Assembly: GCA_002189035.1 (NCBI GenBank)
Contig: NEEC01000004.1
Coordinates: forward strand, 4,650,001-4,714,000
Source of the DNA: Utricularia gibba
Lineage: Eukaryota; Plantae; Magnoliophyta
Length of the DNA stretch: 64,000 nucleotides
Direction: 5' to 3'
The notes beneath the pieces were generated by a model. The model ran no database searches, was not told the origin of the DNA, and saw only the letters and a list, made by a program, of their open reading frames with translations. Position numbers and translations under genes: made by a program. This document shows positions 58,316-64,000 of this stretch, piece by piece. The first letter of the stretch is position 1; the number at the start of each line of letters is the position of its first letter.

Positions 58316-58389
58316 TCAAGAAGGTGGAGCTGGAATTTTCCCGCTTTGCTTCTCATCTCAAGAAGGTGGACCTGGAATTTTCTCGCTTT
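58316..58389. repeat. Direct repeat with 42-nt period upstream of the EF-hand gene
   Basis: tcaagaaggtggagctggaattttcccgcttt (58316) versus tcaagaaggtggacctggaattttctcgcttt (58358): 30/32 identical. Confidence 0.9.
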
Positions 58390-58454
58390 CCATCTCTTTA
58401 AATGGATCACAATGCCTCTAGTTCTCATACCATTCTTTCTTGCAGGGGGGAAAA

Positions 58455-58757
58455 ATGGCAATCAGAGCTATAGAGGATAGCCGCGGAAGCTTTTCCATGG
58501 GCAGAAACAAGAACCAGCTGACGGTGGAGGAGTTCAAGAAATGGCTCATGAAGTTTGATGCCGACAAGGACGGCCGGATCAGCGCCAAGGAGTTCCGCGC
58601 CGCCGTACGCAGCCGTGGATGCTTCTTAAGCAACCGGAAGAGCGTTCTCGGTATGCGCGAAGGAGACGTCGACGGAAGCGGTTACATTGATGAAGATGAA
58701 ATCGATGAGCTCCTGGATTTCGCTGAGAGGAATCTGGGTTTCGTCTTCTACTGCTGA
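58455..58757 (+). CDS. Small two-EF-hand calcium-binding protein (calmodulin-like/polcalcin-like), intronless
   Basis: Loops DADKDGRISAKE and DVDGSGYIDEDE; LTVEEFKKWLMKFD. Confidence 0.9.
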   Translation: MAIRAIEDSRGSFSMGRNKNQLTVEEFKKWLMKFDADKDGRISAKEFRAAVRSRGCFLSNRKSVLGMREGDVDGSGYIDEDEIDELLDFAERNLGFVFYC

Positions 58758-59320
58758 AAATTTAAAATACAGCGGGCATGCGCGTGTTTCACTTTTTCCA
58801 GATTGCTTGTGCTTCGATTGCCCCCCTCCCCCTCTCCAATTTGTACATGCGTCGCTTCTGTGTGTGTGTTTCTGGATTCGCTTCTCCGAACACGTAATCT
58901 TTTCTACTACAACGATCTTATCAAAGTACACATTTGAAAACCAGAGGAAGCTTTTTGGGGTTCCACTCTCTTTGTGAGAGGCGCCTACCTTCCTACCTTT
59001 TATGTAAACCATCACTTCGTAAGGTATTGTTGCAAAGGATCCCGTGTTGGTAACTGGAGCGGGTAGCGTATATGTTCCAAGGTAAATACATGCACGCCAA
59101 GTGTTTGATTCTTGTTCCCAGAGAGATTTTTTCCTTTTTCGTTCCACGCTGAGTGACGCTTTTCGAAGGTAAGGCTCGTGAAAGCGTTTGATCCCTGTGC
59201 CTTCTTGCCAGGGGAGGAGGTGTACTGTGCTGACTGGTGTTTCATTAGGCTAAGGCACACCAAGTGTTCGATGTTTGTCCTAAGACATCCATCCTTCTGT
59301 CGTGCTGTTCCGGGTTTGCC

Positions 59321-61320
59321 ATGAGTTCTATTGGGCGTCTTGCTAGAAGTATATTGCTCAAGAATTTCAATCTACGAGCATGTTATTTCTCTAGAATCGC
59401 CAGCAATGTGAACAAGGTACATCAGTATCTTCAGAGGGCAAAGCTTATTGATTCCATTAGGCTTTGTCTGCGCTCAAATGCACCTGAAGCCTACCTGCTG
59501 AACATTTTGAGCAGCTCTTCGGTGGACTCATTTGTTGTTGCTAATGCCCTTCGGTCAGCTCCTTCCCCTGCCTCAGCATTGTATTTGATCGAATCCTTGA
59601 AAAAGATCGAGAGATTTTCTCACTCAAAGCACACCCTTCATGCACTTGCCAAGATTCTTGCTAGATCAGGGCAAGTAGATAAACTTGGAGCCTTGGTTGA
59701 TGCCATCAACAGTAGAAAGTTTGTGAATGTGGGGGGAGTTAGTTTCATGGACCGTATGCGGTGGTTTGCAGAGGCAGGAGAGTTGAATGAAGTTATTGGT
59801 ATCTGGCAGCAGTGGAGAAGAACCTTGGTTGAACATCCCTGCACTGAATCTTACAACATCATTCTGAAGCTTTTTGTGGAGAAGGGCATGGATAATGATG
59901 CCCTGAAGCTGTTTGGTACGATTATCCAGGAAGGGGCGCTTCCGAACACGAGAACATACACCATTGTTATCCAGCACTTGATCAAGCTTGGCAAAATAGA
60001 CTCTGCCATGGAAGTCTTCCAGATTCTGCCTCTCATGAGAATAAAACGCACTCTGAAACAGTATTCTCTGTTAGTTGATGCTTTCACTGAAGCTTCCCAT
60101 TTGGATGTAGTTCAGACTCTACTTCAGGAGATGCAAGATGATGGGATATTGCCTTGTCAGGCAATGGTTTCGTCTCTACGGTGTATGATAGATTCTGGCT
60201 TCGTAGCCGTAGCAGAGGAGTTGATCTCAGAACTGATGCCAGATTCCAGGATTGAAAAGATTAGTTACTCAATAGACAGCTCTGAGGACGATATAGATGA
60301 TGAAGACAACGAATCTGCGACTCGCCATGCAACTGAAGTGAAGGAATTTCGGCTGAAACCATGGATGGATCCAGCAGCTTTGTCAAGTGCACTGCAATAC
60401 TGGGAACCTGAAGAGGTCTCTGCCCTGGAAAATGCTAACTTTCTGTGGACTAGTAGGTTAGTCTGCAAATTCTTGAGGAGTTTCAAATCCCCCAAACAGC
60501 ATGGCAGTTTTTCTCGTGGGTAGCTTCTCAGCCAGGCTTCGTTCATGATATTTATACTGTATCGAGGATGATCACCAAGCTAGCAAAGCACGGCCATGTC
60601 CAACTTGTTGATCAGCTGGTGCTGAAACTGCGGCGTGAGGAGATGAAGCTGTCCTTCAGTACTGTTCGATTGATCATCGACTTCTACGGCTTTTCGAAGA
60701 ACGGCGATGCGGCGCTGAACATTTTCCGGAACATCAGAACCATCTGCAATCCTCTATCAAGCACCAGATTGCAGATCGTGTATTCCTCCCTTCTGAGAAC
60801 TCTAGCAAAGTGCCAAATGAACAATGAGGCATTGAACATCCTGGATGAGATGCTGCTGTCCAATGTCACTCCTGATATTCAGACATTTTCAGTGCTGATG
60901 CATCACTATGCACTTCAGGGAGACATTCGAACTGTTCAACGTCTTTTTGGAATGGTCAGGCAGTGCAGTTTGGAGCCTGATGGCTACATGTACAAGACCC
61001 TCATCTACGCATACTGCAGATGCGAAAGAGCTTCTCTCGCAGAGCGAATGTTCCAAGACATGAGGGACTCAGGCCTGATGCCTGATGCAGCTACCAAAGA
61101 TTATCTTGTCAAGAGTTTGTGGAAGGAGGGGTACCTGAGAGAAGCGGCTCGTGTTGAAGAGACGACGGAGGGCATTCTACCGGCGTCTCCCGGAAACCAT
61201 TACACTGTGAGCTCTGCAGATCTAGAAAGAGTTCATAATCTATATGCAAGGAGCATCACCAGTAAACATACTGCTGAGCCAGGTGCAGCTTCCTTACCAT
61301 ATCCTACTGCTTTCATTTGA
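59321..61320 (+). CDS. Pentatricopeptide repeat protein (At5g66631 type), intronless, one frameshift in this sequence
   Basis: YLQRAKLIDSIRL, HPCTESYNIIL, WMDPAALSSALQYW, then after a +1 correction TAWQFFSWVASQPGFVHDIYT continuing into the 60568-61320 ORF. Confidence 0.9.
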
Positions 61321-61508
61321 GAAGGTGTTATGTCCTCCTTCAAGTTCTGGTTTTTGGAAGTGATTTGGGAAGACAGTGAATGTGTAGAGATTTGAAGAAC
61401 CAAGTAGAATTACAACAGTATATGAAACAAGACTGCAGCAGTAGGGACGTTCCTCCTATCCAAGGCCTTGAGCCTTACCAAAATATGGTTACAAGATCAG
61501 CTCGAAAC

Positions 61509-63368
61509 TCAAGCATCACCATTTGTTGAACCTCTTAGCAGATGGTACCGATCATAGTCGAAGCTCCGAGACTTTATCAATCGTTTCCGTTTGGTTTCGA
61601 GCCGGCTCTGGTAAAACCCTTCGAAAGATGGCTCTTTGGAGGTTCTAAGGAAGAAGGTGTAGCCAGCCATGAAGTACATGGAGGTGACATAGAAGCAGAT
61701 GGGTTCCATCACATCCCAAGTTAGTTCCCAGAATGTGAGGCGCATGAACCCCGCAGTTTGGACGACCAAGAAGGCAAGCCCCAGCCAGAGCTCACGGCGG
61801 ACTAGTTTTGCAGCATCCACATCAATGGCTGCCTTCATTTTCTCCATCTCATCAAGTTCCTTGGAGGAGGCAGCATCTGAAAACACGGGAGACCGCCGTG
61901 GAAGAAGGGGTTTGATTGCTTTTAGTACCTGCGGTTACAGAAACATTTTACACAAAACATTTTGTAAAACTTGGCTCCCCTTCACCTTTCTTGTCCAGGT
62001 ATCTCAGCAGCACTCACACAAAAAGAAAAGAGAAAACAGTTTACTATTTCCAAACATTTTACACACGAATCACACCAAAATCTCCTGATTCAACACACGC
62101 ACATGGGATACTGAATACTGGTTTTGGGTCTAGCTTATTCTTCTACGAAATCCATCTACTGACAGAATCAGTATATTCCATCATGTCACCTAAATGACAC
62201 CTCTATTCTCCTAACTCCCACGTCCTCTGTTTTCCAGATCACCTAACTTCCACTACTAAACAAGGTCCAGATCAGGAAAACATTGACAACAGAGAAAGTT
62301 TCCACCACACAATTACATAGCTAGATGACAACATTTGTAGTCGCTTTCAGGTATTCCAAGACAAGATAGAGGACATCACTATACACCCAACAGCCTGATG
62401 AGAAAAAGACTGGGGCTTAGAATCTACAACACTCAAAATGAAGAGGCGTGATAATTTTTTCTTTTTTTGTAATTATTTTTTGATGTGATTTTAAAATAGA
62501 GGGATCTAGAAGACAAGTTTTTTCAATGGTGAAATATGAATGACAAGGACGCCATCTCGTTCTATAAGTTCTGGGTGCGAAACACGTGGTTTCGATTTCC
62601 TGTGGAGACATGGAAACACAAACCCGTAAAGGGAAAACCTCATCAGTTTTTGGTAGAAGATGATGCAAAAAGCGATTGAGAGAACAGAAAAGGGGGAGAT
62701 TCTGGAATTGGCGATGTATGACTTGTGATCTAAACAAAATAGCGGATTCAAAGAAATAAAACATAAATTAAGAATTAATGAAATTGAAGGTGGAAAAAGG
62801 AGCCAACCTGTTCGGGCCGGAGGAAAACTGTGTTCCCTAGAACAAGTACATTCCCAGATTCATCAAGCATTTTGGCGAATTCTAGGGCTTCCCTTGTATT
62901 ACTGAATTCTTCGGCGCAGATCTCGATGAATTCCGAATACGAAACGGTATCCTTCTCAATCCTTTTCACCTTCGCCTTCACCGATTCCAACTGTGACAGC
63001 CTCAGAATCTTTTTAGCGTCTTCAGTAGTGAGATCCGCCTCCGTTGCCGGCGAAGCCGGAGGAATCAGGCCATGTAGCCTGATCCTGTCTCTCGTAACGT
63101 CAATTACCTGGAGTTTTTCCAAAAGCTTTTCCCCGGTCGGGAGAAACCGTAAGTCCGGAGTCACCGTAGACGATTGACGGTGTAGATATCTCCGGAAAAT
63201 GCCGTCATCTCCAGGATCCGGCATAAGTTTGCTCCTAGGCTTCTGGCGTCTTGAAACGGCGGATTCAACCGCGGCGCGCGGCGAGGATGTCCGGCAATTT
63301 GTGACGGCATAGTTCGCGATTCGCGACATTCCAAGAAGTCGTCTGGAAAACAAGTTGTTGATCGCCAT
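61509..63368 (-). CDS. MCU: Mitochondrial calcium uniporter, 2 exons (63368-62808, 61928-61509)
   Basis: AKKILRLSQLESVK, LDESGNVLVLGNTVFLRPEQ/VLKAI, RRELWLGL, FMRLTFWELTWDVMEPICFYVTS (DxxE filter), EPSFEGFY. Confidence 0.95.
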
Positions 63369-63848
63369 TTTTCCCGCCACGTCCAGGAAACAGAACTCAC
63401 TACGGCGTAAGACGAATTTCTAAAATATAATCGACCCGCTCAATTTATAGGGAGGGCATGGAGGGCTATTGTGGTAATTTCCTCAATTGCACAAAGTGAC
63501 AGATGAGTTTCGGGTGAAGATTTTTCAAATATATCTTTATTTTCTTTCCAAAATCCAAATATGCAATAAAAAATTAATGTAAATAATATCCATATTTTCC
63601 TATTTTTTTATTAGGAAAATTCATAACATGATTGATTTATTACTGTCGAGTGGTTCTAAATTAGAAATTTAGTCATGTATCAAATATTATATGAAAAAAA
63701 TGGCCATTGTATATATAACTTTTTTTATCTAAATGTATAAGATAAAATGTGACAATAATCACTTTTATTTCAGATATTCCATTTTCAATTTCAATAATTA
63801 TAATTTTTTATATTATTTGTTATTTTTCTAATTGTCAATTTTTTTATT

Positions 63849-63877
63849 TAATTGGGCTTCGTACTGAAGCCCAATTA
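63849..63877. promoter_or_regulatory. Palindromic pair of site II elements
   Basis: TAATTGGGCTTC-gtact-GAAGCCCAATTA: perfect 12-bp inverted repeat with TGGGCT in each arm; a further GGCCCA near 63891. Confidence 0.65.
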
Positions 63878-64000
63878 CTCAGGGACGGAGGCCCAAAATG
63901 ACGGTTTTATTGTGCGGGAAGGTGAGATTTCTAAGATCCCGTGAAGGGAAATCTTCTGCGTATGGGTTCTGTGAAAGAGATATCCGTAGCAGGACGTGTG

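Noticed and set aside
58626-59147. 173-aa minus-strand ORF between the EF-hand and PPR genes
   Set aside because: Partly antisense to the EF-hand CDS and otherwise UTR-like, with no domain; likely chance.
120-60496. Programmed ribosomal frameshifting or editing system shared by many genes
   Set aside because: The sites share no slippery-heptamer or structural signature, only short homopolymers. Assembly error explains them more simply (kept as a finding in that sense).
32833-63368. Functional calcium gene cluster (ACA, EF-hand, MCU)
   Set aside because: The genes are spread over 30 kb among unrelated genes, with no shared motif seen; ordinary ancestral linkage is sufficient.
1-64000. tRNA, rRNA, known miRNA hairpins, TAS3, retrotransposon or transposase ORFs
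   Set aside because: Visual scanning found no T-loop/anticodon structure, no mature conserved miRNA within a hairpin, and no RT, integrase or transposase motifs. tRNAscan-SE, Infernal and RepeatMasker would be needed to exclude them formally.

Overview
Gene-dense, small-intron eudicot nuclear DNA with 21 recognisable protein-coding genes in 64 kb and no intact transposon, rRNA, tRNA or CRISPR array. In order: 3' part of an ISWI remodeller, two tandem CC-type glutaredoxins, a RING protein, a single-TM pseudokinase-type RLK, chloroplast ObgC, BCAT, a P-type PPR, AINTEGUMENTA, a BTB/NPH3-like gene, RPL26, an ACA Ca2+-ATPase, an NPY-type BTB/NPH3 gene, a formamidase/IAM hydrolase, SCE1, a DREB A-5/DEAR repressor, an euAP2 with a miR172 site, FPP7-like, a two-EF-hand protein, a second PPR and an MCU. 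At least six genes have frameshifts. All but one lesion are repaired by adding one base to a short homopolymer, which points to assembly error rather than biology. I found no convincing wholly new system. The best leads are: an ACA pump whose first exon lacks the calmodulin-binding autoinhibitory core; loss of a conserved euAP2 intron; a cryptic, degraded multi-exon gene between ObgC and BCAT; a pair of about 250-bp inverted repeats bracketing 1.7 kb between the glutaredoxins; a 286-codon orphan ORF upstream of the DEAR gene; and small MITE-like repeats. All homology calls come from recalled family motifs; no searches were run.
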